Positions 18,241 through 28,214 of a DNA stretch of 64,000 bases are shown piece by piece; within the stretch, counting starts at the first letter, position 1; each line of letters opens with the position of its first letter. Both the position numbers and the translations under genes were made by a program. Source of the stretch: an uncultured Pelagibacteraceae bacterium (GTDB lineage Bacteria; Pseudomonadota; Alphaproteobacteria; Pelagibacterales; Pelagibacteraceae); contig CACJWN010000003.1 of assembly GCA_902597175.1 (NCBI GenBank), positions 52,642-116,641 on the forward strand. Reading direction: 5' to 3'. The notes beneath the pieces were generated by a model. The model had not been told where the DNA came from. It saw only the letters and a program-made list of their open reading frames with translations, and did no database searches.

Positions 18241-19370
18241 TGAAAAGACTTAAACTTGGTATCATTGGTGGTGGGCCTGGATCTTGGATTGGTCATGTAC
18301 ATAGAATTGCATCAAGATTTGATGACAAATACGAGATCGTAGCAGGCGTTTTTTCAAGAAATTATAAAATCAATCAATCTTTTGGAAAAAGTATAGGGAT
18401 AAAAAAAAATCGATGTTACAAAAATTATAAAGATCTTTGCTATTCTGAAAAAAAAATTAAAGATGGTATTGATGTAATTGCAATCATGACGCCTCCTGGA
18501 AGTCATCAAGAAATAGCTGAATTATTTATTAAAAATAACATTCATGTAATATCTGATAAACCATTTGCAGGTTCTCTACCTCAAGCAAAAAAACTTTATA
18601 AAACAATTAAAAATAATAAAAAAATTGTTTACGGACTTACACATAATTATTCAGCCTACCCAATGGTAAGGCATGCTAAAAAATTAGTAGAAGATAAGAA
18701 ACTTGGGAACATTGAATATATAAATGTCGAATATGTCCAGGACTGGTCGAATGGTAAAAAAGTTACTCCTAGTTCTGCAAAAAAAATATTTAAATGGAAG
18801 TTAGATAAAAAAATAGCAGGAGTTTCTACTGTGCTAAATGAAATAGGATCTCATGCATATCATTTATGTAATTACATTACTGGTCTTAAAGGGAAAAGCT
18901 TATTTGCAGATATCAAACAATATTCAAAAAAAATTAGATTTGATACAAACGCTCAAGTTTTCATAAATTATGAGAATGGAGCTAAGGGTTTATTTTGGGC
19001 ATCAACTACTGCTAAGGGTGGTGTTTATGGATTACGAATAAGAGTATTTGGTTCAATGGGAAGTTTAGAATGGGTACAGAATGATCCCAACTATTTGAAA
19101 TATAATGCTGCTAATGGAGCTACAAAAGTTTTAGAAAGAGGTTTTAATGAAAGTGGTTTCTCAAAAAACTTTTCAAGAATAAAATACGGTCATCCTGAGG
19201 GATATTTAAGTGCTTTTTCTAATTTGTATAGAGAAATCGCAATAAAAATTAATTCAAAAAATAGCAAGAAAAAGTTTTATTTTCCAACTGCGTATGAGGG
19301 TTTGCTTACAGCAAGATTTATAGATGGATGCGTAAAGTCATCATCCAAGAAAAAGTGGGTGGCTTTTTAA
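18240..19370 (+). CDS. Gfo/Idh/MocA oxidoreductase (type often found in inositol/rhizopine clusters)
   Basis: GGG.GS.IG.VH, DKP, HNY..YPM, EY.Q.W, IGSHA and GHPEGY..AF.N.Y motifs. Confidence 0.85.
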   Translation: MKRLKLGIIGGGPGSWIGHVHRIASRFDDKYEIVAGVFSRNYKINQSFGKSIGIKKNRCYKNYKDLCYSEKKIKDGIDVIAIMTPPGSHQEIAELFIKNNIHVISDKPFAGSLPQAKKLYKTIKNNKKIVYGLTHNYSAYPMVRHAKKLVEDKKLGNIEYINVEYVQDWSNGKKVTPSSAKKIFKWKLDKKIAGVSTVLNEIGSHAYHLCNYITGLKGKSLFADIKQYSKKIRFDTNAQVFINYENGAKGLFWASTTAKGGVYGLRIRVFGSMGSLEWVQNDPNYLKYNAANGATKVLERGFNESGFSKNFSRIKYGHPEGYLSAFSNLYREIAIKINSKNSKKKFYFPTAYEGLLTARFIDGCVKSSSKKKWVAF

Positions 19371-20282
19371 ATGATAAAATCCTGTGTGATAGGATTATCA
19401 AAAGTAGGTATAATTCATTGTGAAAGTTTAATGAAAATAAAAAACACTTCATTAAATTATATTTTCGATAAAAATTACAATCTTAGCAAAAAACTATCTA
19501 AAAAATTTAAATGCAAGACCTCAAGAGACTTCAACAATATATTGAAAAAAAAAGATATAGAACTATTTGTAATTGCATCACCTACAACAACACATCATTT
19601 TTATATAAAAAAATTGATAAAATTTAAGAAAATGATCTATTGCGAAAAGCCAATTACAAATAATAATAACAAACTTGCTAAACTCAAAAAATTAATAAAA
19701 AAACATAAAATTAAATTTTGTGTTGGCTTAAATCGTAGATTTGCAAAGGAGTATGTTGCTTTAAAAAAGAAAGTTAACAAAAAAAGAATTAATTACATCC
19801 AAATAATATCTAGATCGGCCAACCATAATGTTGATTTATCAATTAGGAATGGAGGCCTTTTTTTTGATAAAGGATTTCATTTTTTTGATTTAGCTTTTTG
19901 GTTGAGTAATTCGAAACCAGAAAAAATGATTCTAATTTCAAAATCAATTAGTACCGAGGATTTCTTAAATAAAGGAGATTTCTCAGATGCAGTAGTTAAT
20001 CTAAAACTCAGGAATGGAATAGTCGTCGAAATAATATTTAGTAGAAAGTGCAGATTTGGAAATTTTGAAAAAATTAAACTGTATGGTAAAAAATTTTCAC
20101 TAGACTCTGACGATTTTTCTAACAAAGAGACATTATATAAAGACTTTTCTGTAAGACACAGAAAGTCATACTTAAATTGTTTAAAAAAATTTATTGAAAA
20201 TAAAAATAGTCTCTTAATTGATGAAGCAATATTAACACAAAAAATATGTGCTGATGCTTTGAAAAAAGCAAGGTTCCAGTAA
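19371..20282 (+). CDS. Gfo/Idh/MocA oxidoreductase, IolG-like, divergent
   Basis: IG...G..H, SPT..H, CEKP, G.NRRF and GG.F.D...H.FD motifs. Confidence 0.8.
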   Translation: MIKSCVIGLSKVGIIHCESLMKIKNTSLNYIFDKNYNLSKKLSKKFKCKTSRDFNNILKKKDIELFVIASPTTTHHFYIKKLIKFKKMIYCEKPITNNNNKLAKLKKLIKKHKIKFCVGLNRRFAKEYVALKKKVNKKRINYIQIISRSANHNVDLSIRNGGLFFDKGFHFFDLAFWLSNSKPEKMILISKSISTEDFLNKGDFSDAVVNLKLRNGIVVEIIFSRKCRFGNFEKIKLYGKKFSLDSDDFSNKETLYKDFSVRHRKSYLNCLKKFIENKNSLLIDEAILTQKICADALKKARFQ

Positions 20283-20283
20283 T

Positions 20284-21414
20284 TTATAAATATTTACTTA
20301 AAGCTTTGCTTGCAAGTTTTGATGAAGAAATATCGGTTTTGAATGTTTTTAGTATTGATTGTGTTTTTTCTATTTGCTCCTTAATTTTACTTGGATTATC
20401 GATGAAGGAGCTTACAGACTCGAACAAAGCTTTTGGATTACATTTTGTTTGAAGGAATTCAGGTATTACCTCTTTACCTGCTGCAATATTAATAATATTT
20501 GCGAATTTAACTTTTACCAAAGATCTAACAATTAAATAATTCAAAAAATTCATTTTATAAATAATGATAGATGGTACTTTAGATTTGCAAATTTCAAGTG
20601 AGACCGTTCCAGATTTAGCAACTGCAAATACAGATTTCTTAAGAGTGTGAGACTTTATTTTATCATCACTAATAATTTCACAATTACTTATATTTTGAGA
20701 TTTTACGTGGGATTGAATTAAATCATAATGTTGTTTTGTCGAATGAAATATATAAATAAAATCTTGATAATTTTTATTCATTAATTTTATAAAATCCAAG
20801 AGGATAGGCATTAAGACTTCGATTTCAGAAACTCTACTCCCTGGAAAAACTGATATTAATGCTTTATTTTTTTCAAATATTTGATTGATATCTATTTTAC
20901 TTTCAGAAGATGCGTCTAACAACGGGTGGCCCACAAATTCATTGCTCACACTCTCTTTATCAAAATAGGGTTTTTCAAAATTGAATAATAAAAGTATATG
21001 ATCTATGTAATTTTTAATTTTCTTAACTCTTCCCTCTCTCCAAACCCAAACTTGAGGTGCAACATAATGAATAGTTTTTATCTTTGGTTCTTGTTTTTTT
21101 AAACGTTCAGCAACTCTCAAAGTAAAATCTGGACTATCAACAGAGAATAATATATCTGGCTTAAAATCTTTAATAGCTTTAACTGTGTCATTAATTTTTC
21201 TATTGATTTTGAAAATATTTTTTATGACACTTGTAAAACCAATGTAGGTGATATCTTTTAAATCATAAATTGTTTTTATTCCTAGAGCTTTTAAATTTTC
21301 ACCTCCTACGCTTAAATATTCAATTTCTGAGTTATTTTTGTTTAATTCTTGAATAACTTTTGATGCTAATTTATCTCCAGAAGGTTCTCCAGTAAGAATA
21401 AATATTCTTTTCAT
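20284..21414 (-). CDS. lpxB: Lipid-A-disaccharide synthase
   Basis: GEPSGD, DSPDF, HYVAPQVW.WR, FVGHP, PGSR.SE and SGTVSLE motifs. Confidence 0.95.
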   Translation of the reverse strand: MKRIFILTGEPSGDKLASKVIQELNKNNSEIEYLSVGGENLKALGIKTIYDLKDITYIGFTSVIKNIFKINRKINDTVKAIKDFKPDILFSVDSPDFTLRVAERLKKQEPKIKTIHYVAPQVWVWREGRVKKIKNYIDHILLLFNFEKPYFDKESVSNEFVGHPLLDASSESKIDINQIFEKNKALISVFPGSRVSEIEVLMPILLDFIKLMNKNYQDFIYIFHSTKQHYDLIQSHVKSQNISNCEIISDDKIKSHTLKKSVFAVAKSGTVSLEICKSKVPSIIIYKMNFLNYLIVRSLVKVKFANIINIAAGKEVIPEFLQTKCNPKALFESVSSFIDNPSKIKEQIEKTQSILKTFKTDISSSKLASKALSKYL

Positions 21415-22466
21415 TTATACATTCTCCAAAGTTCGCCTCGATCAGATAATAGGTATAAATCTCCATTTTTATTTATCTTGATGTCTCTTATTCTTCCTAT
21501 ATTGCCTTTGAATAAAATCTTCTCGTTAATAAAATTTGATTTATTAAATTTTATTTTTCTTAAAGATTGATCTTTAAGAGATGTAATTAAAGCTTGACCA
21601 TTCCATTCTTTAAATGTTTTACCTTTATAAATTGTCATAGCGCTTACTGCTATAGAAGGGACCCAGTACTTTATTGCTTTTGTAAAACCAGGTTTCCATT
21701 TTGGACCAATTTTAGTTCCTGAATAGTTAGTTCCACCCCAGCCTAAAATCTTCCAACCATAGTTTTCTCCAAAATTCGCTGTTCCAAACCAATCACCTCC
21801 TCTTGCCCCGTGATTTGTTAGATATATTTTATTGTCAAAAGGTGAAAGTGACATACCTTGAGGATTTCTCACTCCAATTTGATAAATTTCAGGAAGCCAA
21901 TCTTTTTTATTTATAAATTTGGGATTATCTTTTGGTATCGATCCATCCAAGTTAATTCTAATAATACTTCCAGGATGTTTGGTATGATCTTGTGCTATCA
22001 TTCCTTGTCCTCTCTCACCAGCAGTTACATACAAATGTTTATTTTTTATGACCAGTCTAGATCCAAAATGGTATCCAGAATTTATAGGTGGCTGTGCTTG
22101 AAAGATATTTTTAAAGTTGAGTTTTTCAGTGTTTAAATTGGCTCTTGCAACAGATGTGCTAGACTTTCCGCTCAATCTATTTTCAGAGTATGAGACAAAT
22201 ACAATGTTATCTTTGTAAAGTATATCTAATAATCCTCCCTGACCATCTTCTAAGATTTTAAGATTATGGCTTATATCTTTTATTATTTTTTCTTTTAAGT
22301 TTACAAATTTGATATTCCCAGGCTTTTCTGTAACCAATAAATTTTGATTATCTATAAACGTTAAGCTCCAAGGGCTGTCTAATCCTTCGATAATTCTCTC
22401 TAGTTTAAAATCGTTTGCACTTAGATTTGTAAATAATAATAGAAAAATTGTTAATAATTTTTTCAT
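21411..22466 (-). CDS. PQQ-dependent soluble aldose/glucose dehydrogenase (GSDH/YliI family), signal peptide
   Basis: PW, GQGGLLD, HFGSR, GERG, G.RNPQG, HG.RGGD, NYGW and GRIRD motifs. Confidence 0.9.
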   Translation of the reverse strand: MKKLLTIFLLLFTNLSANDFKLERIIEGLDSPWSLTFIDNQNLLVTEKPGNIKFVNLKEKIIKDISHNLKILEDGQGGLLDILYKDNIVFVSYSENRLSGKSSTSVARANLNTEKLNFKNIFQAQPPINSGYHFGSRLVIKNKHLYVTAGERGQGMIAQDHTKHPGSIIRINLDGSIPKDNPKFINKKDWLPEIYQIGVRNPQGMSLSPFDNKIYLTNHGARGGDWFGTANFGENYGWKILGWGGTNYSGTKIGPKWKPGFTKAIKYWVPSIAVSAMTIYKGKTFKEWNGQALITSLKDQSLRKIKFNKSNFINEKILFKGNIGRIRDIKINKNGDLYLLSDRGELWRMYK

Positions 22467-23254
22467 TTAATAAGAATAAACATTTTATTTCTATTTGCGT
22501 ATTTGACGCTTTGTCTTTTATTTAAAAAAATATTTAATTTATGTTTTAGAACTATTCCTTTTAGTCCAGCAGTTTTACACTGCTTTATAGTCTCTAAACC
22601 TATAGTTGGTAGGTCAACTCTTAAGTCTTGCCTTTTTTTTGGGAATTTAATTAGGATCCCGTTAGGGTATTTAGTTATTTTTTTTACTTTTTTAATCATT
22701 TTTTCTGTTCCTCCGCTTCCTTCAAATGCTAATATTTTATTATCTCTACAAATTGCACCTTGAACAAACGAGAAATTTCCGGACTTTTCAAGAGCCTTTT
22801 CTCCGCAACGTATATCTTTTTTATCAAAGGTATTGGGTTTAATTGATGTATAATTTCCTTTAGGCAAACTTATTTCAGGAGTAAATTTGTTTGAGCTCAA
22901 AGTCTGAATTTTTTCTTTTTTCAAGATGTTTATAATTTGTTTTAAGATTGCAGCATCTCCCAATTTTGAACTTTTAATAATTTTTGGCATATAATAAATT
23001 CCTTTTAAATCTAATTTAATAGATTTGAAATTTGGTTTAGCTACTCTTCCTGCAAATAAAACTTTTTTACAATTATTAGACTTTAAAATAGAAATAATTT
23101 TTCCAAACTGACCAATTGACACTGAGTGAGAGTTTTTATCTTTTTTAAATAATTTTTTTTTAGTTAAATCAATTATCAAATACTTACATTTTTTTTTAAC
23201 TTTTTTTAAGATATATTTTGGAAGTTCTGTTTCTCCAAAAATTAAACCAATCAT
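22463..23254 (-). CDS. lpxI: UDP-2,3-diacylglucosamine diphosphatase LpxI
   Basis: GD..IL, E..GT..M and QD.R.DLPTIG motifs; position between lpxA and lpxB. Confidence 0.9.
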   Translation of the reverse strand: MIGLIFGETELPKYILKKVKKKCKYLIIDLTKKKLFKKDKNSHSVSIGQFGKIISILKSNNCKKVLFAGRVAKPNFKSIKLDLKGIYYMPKIIKSSKLGDAAILKQIINILKKEKIQTLSSNKFTPEISLPKGNYTSIKPNTFDKKDIRCGEKALEKSGNFSFVQGAICRDNKILAFEGSGGTEKMIKKVKKITKYPNGILIKFPKKRQDLRVDLPTIGLETIKQCKTAGLKGIVLKHKLNIFLNKRQSVKYANRNKMFILIK

Positions 23255-23261
23255 AAATATT

Positions 23262-24041
23262 TTAACTAAGTGGTGAACAAATTGGTCTTTTTTTATCTTT
23301 TCCTATAAACTTAATAACTTCACTTACCAATTCGTTATCTTTGTATTCGCCATTAATCCTACTTAGATTTTCGTGAAGATTTTTAGAGGAAAAAATATCT
23401 TTAAAAGCTTTATCTAATCCAATAATTTTATGATTATCATACTTCTGTCTTCTCAGTCCTATCAAATTTAAACCTTGCAAATAATTTCTATTACCTATTG
23501 ATAATCCAAAAGGAATTACATCTTTAAGTACGCCTGTCATACCTCCAATCATAGCCAGTCTTCCAATTCTAGTAAATTGTTGAACAGCTGAATTTCCTCC
23601 TATAACTACTGAATCCTCAATAGTTACGTGTCCTCCAAGAGGAACGTTATTTGCTATAATTACATTATTTCCAATTTTACAATCGTGTGCTACATGGGAT
23701 GAAATCATTAATAAACAATTATTGCCAATTTCTGTTTTTGATCCTCCACCTTCAGTGCCAGGATTAATTGTTACATATTCTCTTATTAAGTTATTTTCTC
23801 CAATTGTTAGACTATTTTTTTCTCCCTTATATTTTAAATCCTGGGGCTGGGTTCCTAAACTTGCAAATGGAAAAATTTTAGTTCCGCTGCCAACTCTCGT
23901 GTCTCCCTCTATATGTACGTTAGAAATAAGCTCTACATTTTCATTAAGTTCTACTCCAGGGCCGACATAACAAAAAGGTCCAATTTTTACATTTTTTGAA
24001 ATCTTTGCCTTTTTATCTATCTCGCTTGTTTTATGTATCAT
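23262..24041 (-). CDS. lpxA: UDP-N-acetylglucosamine acyltransferase
   Basis: Hexapeptide repeats; PQDLKY, HVAHDC and GLN.IGLRR motifs. Confidence 0.95.
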   Translation of the reverse strand: MIHKTSEIDKKAKISKNVKIGPFCYVGPGVELNENVELISNVHIEGDTRVGSGTKIFPFASLGTQPQDLKYKGEKNSLTIGENNLIREYVTINPGTEGGGSKTEIGNNCLLMISSHVAHDCKIGNNVIIANNVPLGGHVTIEDSVVIGGNSAVQQFTRIGRLAMIGGMTGVLKDVIPFGLSIGNRNYLQGLNLIGLRRQKYDNHKIIGLDKAFKDIFSSKNLHENLSRINGEYKDNELVSEVIKFIGKDKKRPICSPLS

Positions 24042-24493
24042 TATTTTCTATCAACTATTGTTGCTGACCATTCAGCATCGGCCATCCTTTTACCATTAAC
24101 TTTGGCTGTTCCTTTATATTTCCAAACTCGCCCATGTGATCTAATAGCTTCAATTTCTAAATGTAATTCACAATCTGGTATGACAGGATTTCTAAATCTT
24201 GCTTTATCTACTCCCATCAAAAATACTAATTTATTCTCATATTCTTTTTTATCAATTCCATGGGCTGTGAGTGCAGCTGCAGCTTGGCCAAAAGCCTCTA
24301 CAATTAAAACTCCTGGCATTACTGGTTGATTAGGGAAATGACCTTGAACATAAAAACTATTTTTTTTTACAAACATAATTGCTGTAGCAGATTTTAAAGG
24401 TACTATGTTTACCAATTTATCAATTAACAACATAGGCTCTCTATGTGGCAATAAACTTTCAATTGTTTTTTTATCTATTTCAATCTTACTCAT
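24041..24493 (-). CDS. fabZ: 3-hydroxyacyl-ACP dehydratase
   Basis: LPHR.P.LL.D, GHFP..PVMPGVL..EA..Q and FR.PV.P motifs. Confidence 0.95.
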   Translation of the reverse strand: MSKIEIDKKTIESLLPHREPMLLIDKLVNIVPLKSATAIMFVKKNSFYVQGHFPNQPVMPGVLIVEAFGQAAAALTAHGIDKKEYENKLVFLMGVDKARFRNPVIPDCELHLEIEAIRSHGRVWKYKGTAKVNGKRMADAEWSATIVDRK

Positions 24494-25452
24494 TTTTTAT
24501 TTTTTAAAAATTCTCGGAAAGGGACAGCAGGATATCCCATCACGATTTGGTTGTCTTCAATATCTTTTACTACACCACTTCCACCACCAATTTTCACGTT
24601 ATTACCAATTTTTAAATGGCCAGATACACCAGCTTGACCACCAATAGAAACGTTGTTTCCTATTTTTGAACTTCCAGCAAAACCAACCTGACCAGCAATC
24701 ATACAATCAGATCCAATTTTTACATTATGAGCAATATGAACTTGATTATCTAAATAAGTATTTTTTCCAATTTCTGTATCATCGATAGATCCACGATCGA
24801 TCGTACAAGCAGTCGCTATTTCAACATCATCTCCAATAACAACTTTGCCAATATGTGGAAATTTAATATTACGTTTATTAACCGGAATAAATCCAAAACC
24901 TTTTTGCCCGATTTTGCAGTTATCTTGCACTATCACTCTATCACCTATTAATGAATTTTTAATAATTACACCTGATCCAATCACGCAATTTTTTCCTATT
25001 ATCACATTTTTTTCAATTATTGAATTAGATCCAATAAATGAATTTTTACCTATTTTAACGTTTTGACCAACTAAAACATTATTACCAAATTTAACGAATT
25101 TATATTTATTTACTTTGGGTACTTTTAAACTTAAATCAGGATAGTCTAAATCAGAGAAAGGATAGATTTTTTTTAAAACTATTGCTAACTCATAAAGAAC
25201 GTTTTTAGCAACAAAACATGGTAAGTTATTTGGTAGGTAATTTTTCAGCTTTTCAGTAGTAATGCATAAACCTCCCTGTGTTGATAATGCATCACCCTTA
25301 TATTTGATAGAGTCAAAAAAAGTGATGTCTTTTTTTTTTGCTAAATGTAAAGGCTTGACAGAGTCAATATAAAAATCTTGGTTTATTTTAATTTTTGGAA
25401 ATAATTTTTTTACTTTAAATTTGTTTTTTTTGAAGAATAAATTTGAATCCAT
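24490..25452 (-). CDS. lpxD: UDP-3-O-acylglucosamine N-acyltransferase
   Basis: GFGF, IDRG and [12 protein letters not shown] motifs; hexapeptide repeats. Confidence 0.95.
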   Translation of the reverse strand: MDSNLFFKKNKFKVKKLFPKIKINQDFYIDSVKPLHLAKKKDITFFDSIKYKGDALSTQGGLCITTEKLKNYLPNNLPCFVAKNVLYELAIVLKKIYPFSDLDYPDLSLKVPKVNKYKFVKFGNNVLVGQNVKIGKNSFIGSNSIIEKNVIIGKNCVIGSGVIIKNSLIGDRVIVQDNCKIGQKGFGFIPVNKRNIKFPHIGKVVIGDDVEIATACTIDRGSIDDTEIGKNTYLDNQVHIAHNVKIGSDCMIAGQVGFAGSSKIGNNVSIGGQAGVSGHLKIGNNVKIGGGSGVVKDIEDNQIVMGYPAVPFREFLKNKK

Positions 25453-25458
25453 CCAAAT

Positions 25459-25980
25459 TTAATTAAGATTAATCGATTTTAGTTTTTTATTTAGCAGTGC
25501 CATTATATCTTTTGTGATATCTAAAGTCTCATCAGCTACCAATATATTTTTTTTATCTATTACCATTCTAATTTTTTTTTCATTCATATAATTTTTTACT
25601 ATTGGGTTTAAATTTTTAAGTATTTCGTTCCTGGCTTTGGCTCTTTGTTTTGCAACATTTTCTAGTAATATACCTCTTTCTTTTTGTATTTCTGATACCT
25701 TATTTCTAAGCTCGGAAACTTTTTTTTTATATTCCTCAGCTGAAATAATTTTTTTTTGTTGGATGATTTTTTTTTCATCTTCTTGAAAGCTTTTTTCTTT
25801 TTTTTTGATATTTTCTATCCCACTTTCTAATTTTTTTTTTAAAAAATTTTGAGCTTTTTTTCCAGCATCACTCTCATTTAAAATTAATTTGAAATCTAGG
25901 TAGTGCGGAGCCTCAGCATATAGTGAAAAACTTTGAGAAAAAAAGAATAAAACGATGATTAATAGTTTTTTTATATTCAT
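25459..25980 (-). CDS. skp: Skp/OmpH periplasmic chaperone
   Basis: Signal peptide, coiled-coil body, C-terminal DIT motif; between bamA and lpxD. Confidence 0.85.
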   Translation of the reverse strand: MNIKKLLIIVLFFFSQSFSLYAEAPHYLDFKLILNESDAGKKAQNFLKKKLESGIENIKKKEKSFQEDEKKIIQQKKIISAEEYKKKVSELRNKVSEIQKERGILLENVAKQRAKARNEILKNLNPIVKNYMNEKKIRMVIDKKNILVADETLDITKDIMALLNKKLKSINLN

Positions 25981-25982
25981 TA

Positions 25983-28214
25983 TTAAAAAGTAGTTCCTAG
26001 ATTGAAAGTAAAACTCTCTGTAACATCAGTGTCTGCTTTTGAAAGATTTTGTGAAATTACAAAATTTAAAGGGCCGATTGGAGATAGCCAATTCACAGTA
26101 ACTCCAGTGCTCGATCGTATTTTACTACTTTCATCAATTGAGCTGTCATAGTCTACTCCCCAAACATTACCAAAATCTAAAAATAAACCTAAATCAGCAT
26201 TTGAGTTTTCTGGCAAAACATTAGGAAGATTAGTCTCGAAATTTAAAGCTGCAACGTAATTTCCTCCAACATGATCGCTGCCATCTACCGGGCCAACCTT
26301 GTTTTTTTCGAAACCTCTTAATCTTGACGAGCTAATTCCTCTACGTTTACTTATTCTAACATCTTCTCCACCTAAGCCATTAATGCTTGCAAGATAAATT
26401 TTTGCTGAACCAATGATATTTTCACTTAAAGATTTATAAAAACTTGAGCTGATAGTGTTAGTTATAAATGCTTTATCAGCTGCAAGTGGAATTGCTTGTC
26501 CAAAAGTAAAAATTGATCCACTAGTTGGCATAAAAGCCTTATCTCGTTTATCAAAAGTAAAACCATAATTTCCTGTTAACTCACTATAAGTTCCATTTTG
26601 TTTTTTTAATGCAGCTGAAGCACTATCCTCTGTTTGTAAATCATCATGACTTGCTTTTAATCCCAGACGTACTTTGACATCTTTATATTGCTCAAAGGAA
26701 GTTCCAATAGCTGCAGCGACAATTGAGTTTTCAAAACCTAAATCGGGTTTATCGTTTTTTTCGCTTGAAAAAGAGTAAGTAATTGAGTTTCCTAAAAAAT
26801 TGTAGTTCGGATCAGTATAACGAAAATCTCCTATAAGAGACTCTTCGTCTGCTTGTATCTCCAAACCGATAGACTTTCCTTGCCCAAGCCAATTATTTTC
26901 CTTAATATTAAATGCTATTGTTCCACCTGATGTACCTACACCTGCACCCGCACTAATTTCACCAGTTGGTCTCTCCTCAACATTGATGTTAATTATTTTT
27001 AGATTATTTTCACTTCCATCATTAATTTCATAAGTTACATCATTAAATATATTTCTTGCTTTTATTTTTGCTATTGATTTTTCCAGACTTAGATTAACAA
27101 ATGGATCACCTTCATCCAAAATGAGTTCCCCCCTAATTACATCTTCATTTGTAACATTGTTGCCAGTAATATTAATTCTCTCAACTAAATTTTTAGGTCC
27201 TTCGAAAATATTTAAGGTAATATTAATAGAGTCATTCTTTACATCTTCTTTAACGTTATGCTCAACAAATTGTAAATTATTAAATTCAATCAGTCTGTCC
27301 AACTCTTCTAAAAGTTTCTTAATTTTAAATGGTGAATAATAGTCGCCAACATATTTTTTAAATTCTTTATTTAATGGAAAGAATAAGTTTTTATCAAAAA
27401 CTTCATCTATTTTTGTGGAAATTTTATTAATTGTATATCTTGTTCCTTCCTCAATAGAATAAACTAAATCTGCATTACCTGCTTTGTTGATTTCAGCAAT
27501 ATTTGAACTTATTTTCACATCATAGTAACCCAGTGACTTATAATAATTTGTAAGTAATCTTCTATCTAAATTAATTAAATTCTCACTTAAATTTGAGTTA
27601 TTAGAAATTACTTTCCAAAATTTATCTTCTGTACTTGCGATTACATCTCGTAACCTTCTGGATCTTATATCTTTATTACCAATAAATTTTATAGAGGAAA
27701 TTTTAGTTTGTTCTCCTCTTTCGATCTCAATAAGTAAATCAAAATTATCTGAATCAATTTCTTTTATTTTTGCGTCAACTTTAGCGAAGTTATAACCCAA
27801 AGACGAATAAAGTTTTTTGATAATCTCAATATCTTTTGCTAAATTAGCTTTTATAAAAGGTCTTTTAGATTTTATTTGGATTAATTTTTTTATTTCTTCA
27901 ACATATCCTTTTTTGGGTTCACCCAAAATGATTAATTGATTTACAAAAGGATACTCCTCTAAAACTATTTTAAGAATTTTATTATTAAAATTTATTTCAA
28001 TATTTTGAAAGAAATTAGTTGAATTAAGATTACTTAAAACTTTATTTAAATCACTTTCGGTAAAATCTTTATTAAGTTCTACTTCACCATAAATTTTAAT
28101 AGTTTCATCTGAAATTCTTTTATTTCCCTCAATAACAATTTTCTCTACTACCTCAGCTTTGACCCCAATGAAATATAGTAAAAAGAATAAAAATGTAAAA
28201 ATTTTTTTAATCAT
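25983..28214 (-). CDS. bamA: Outer membrane protein assembly factor BamA
   Basis: POTRA repeats (GN.R, GY), E.NWLG.G, LRGF and W.SP.GPL motifs; C-terminal F. Confidence 0.95.
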   Translation of the reverse strand: MIKKIFTFLFFLLYFIGVKAEVVEKIVIEGNKRISDETIKIYGEVELNKDFTESDLNKVLSNLNSTNFFQNIEINFNNKILKIVLEEYPFVNQLIILGEPKKGYVEEIKKLIQIKSKRPFIKANLAKDIEIIKKLYSSLGYNFAKVDAKIKEIDSDNFDLLIEIERGEQTKISSIKFIGNKDIRSRRLRDVIASTEDKFWKVISNNSNLSENLINLDRRLLTNYYKSLGYYDVKISSNIAEINKAGNADLVYSIEEGTRYTINKISTKIDEVFDKNLFFPLNKEFKKYVGDYYSPFKIKKLLEELDRLIEFNNLQFVEHNVKEDVKNDSINITLNIFEGPKNLVERINITGNNVTNEDVIRGELILDEGDPFVNLSLEKSIAKIKARNIFNDVTYEINDGSENNLKIININVEERPTGEISAGAGVGTSGGTIAFNIKENNWLGQGKSIGLEIQADEESLIGDFRYTDPNYNFLGNSITYSFSSEKNDKPDLGFENSIVAAAIGTSFEQYKDVKVRLGLKASHDDLQTEDSASAALKKQNGTYSELTGNYGFTFDKRDKAFMPTSGSIFTFGQAIPLAADKAFITNTISSSFYKSLSENIIGSAKIYLASINGLGGEDVRISKRRGISSSRLRGFEKNKVGPVDGSDHVGGNYVAALNFETNLPNVLPENSNADLGLFLDFGNVWGVDYDSSIDESSKIRSSTGVTVNWLSPIGPLNFVISQNLSKADTDVTESFTFNLGTTF

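Noticed and set aside
23262-25452. Periodic repeats in lpxA and lpxD
   Set aside because: Ordinary hexapeptide beta-helix repeats.
25740-25860. Long A/T homopolymers as phase-variation tracts
   Set aside because: They encode poly-Lys in an AT-rich genome, occur throughout the window, and the reading frames are intact.
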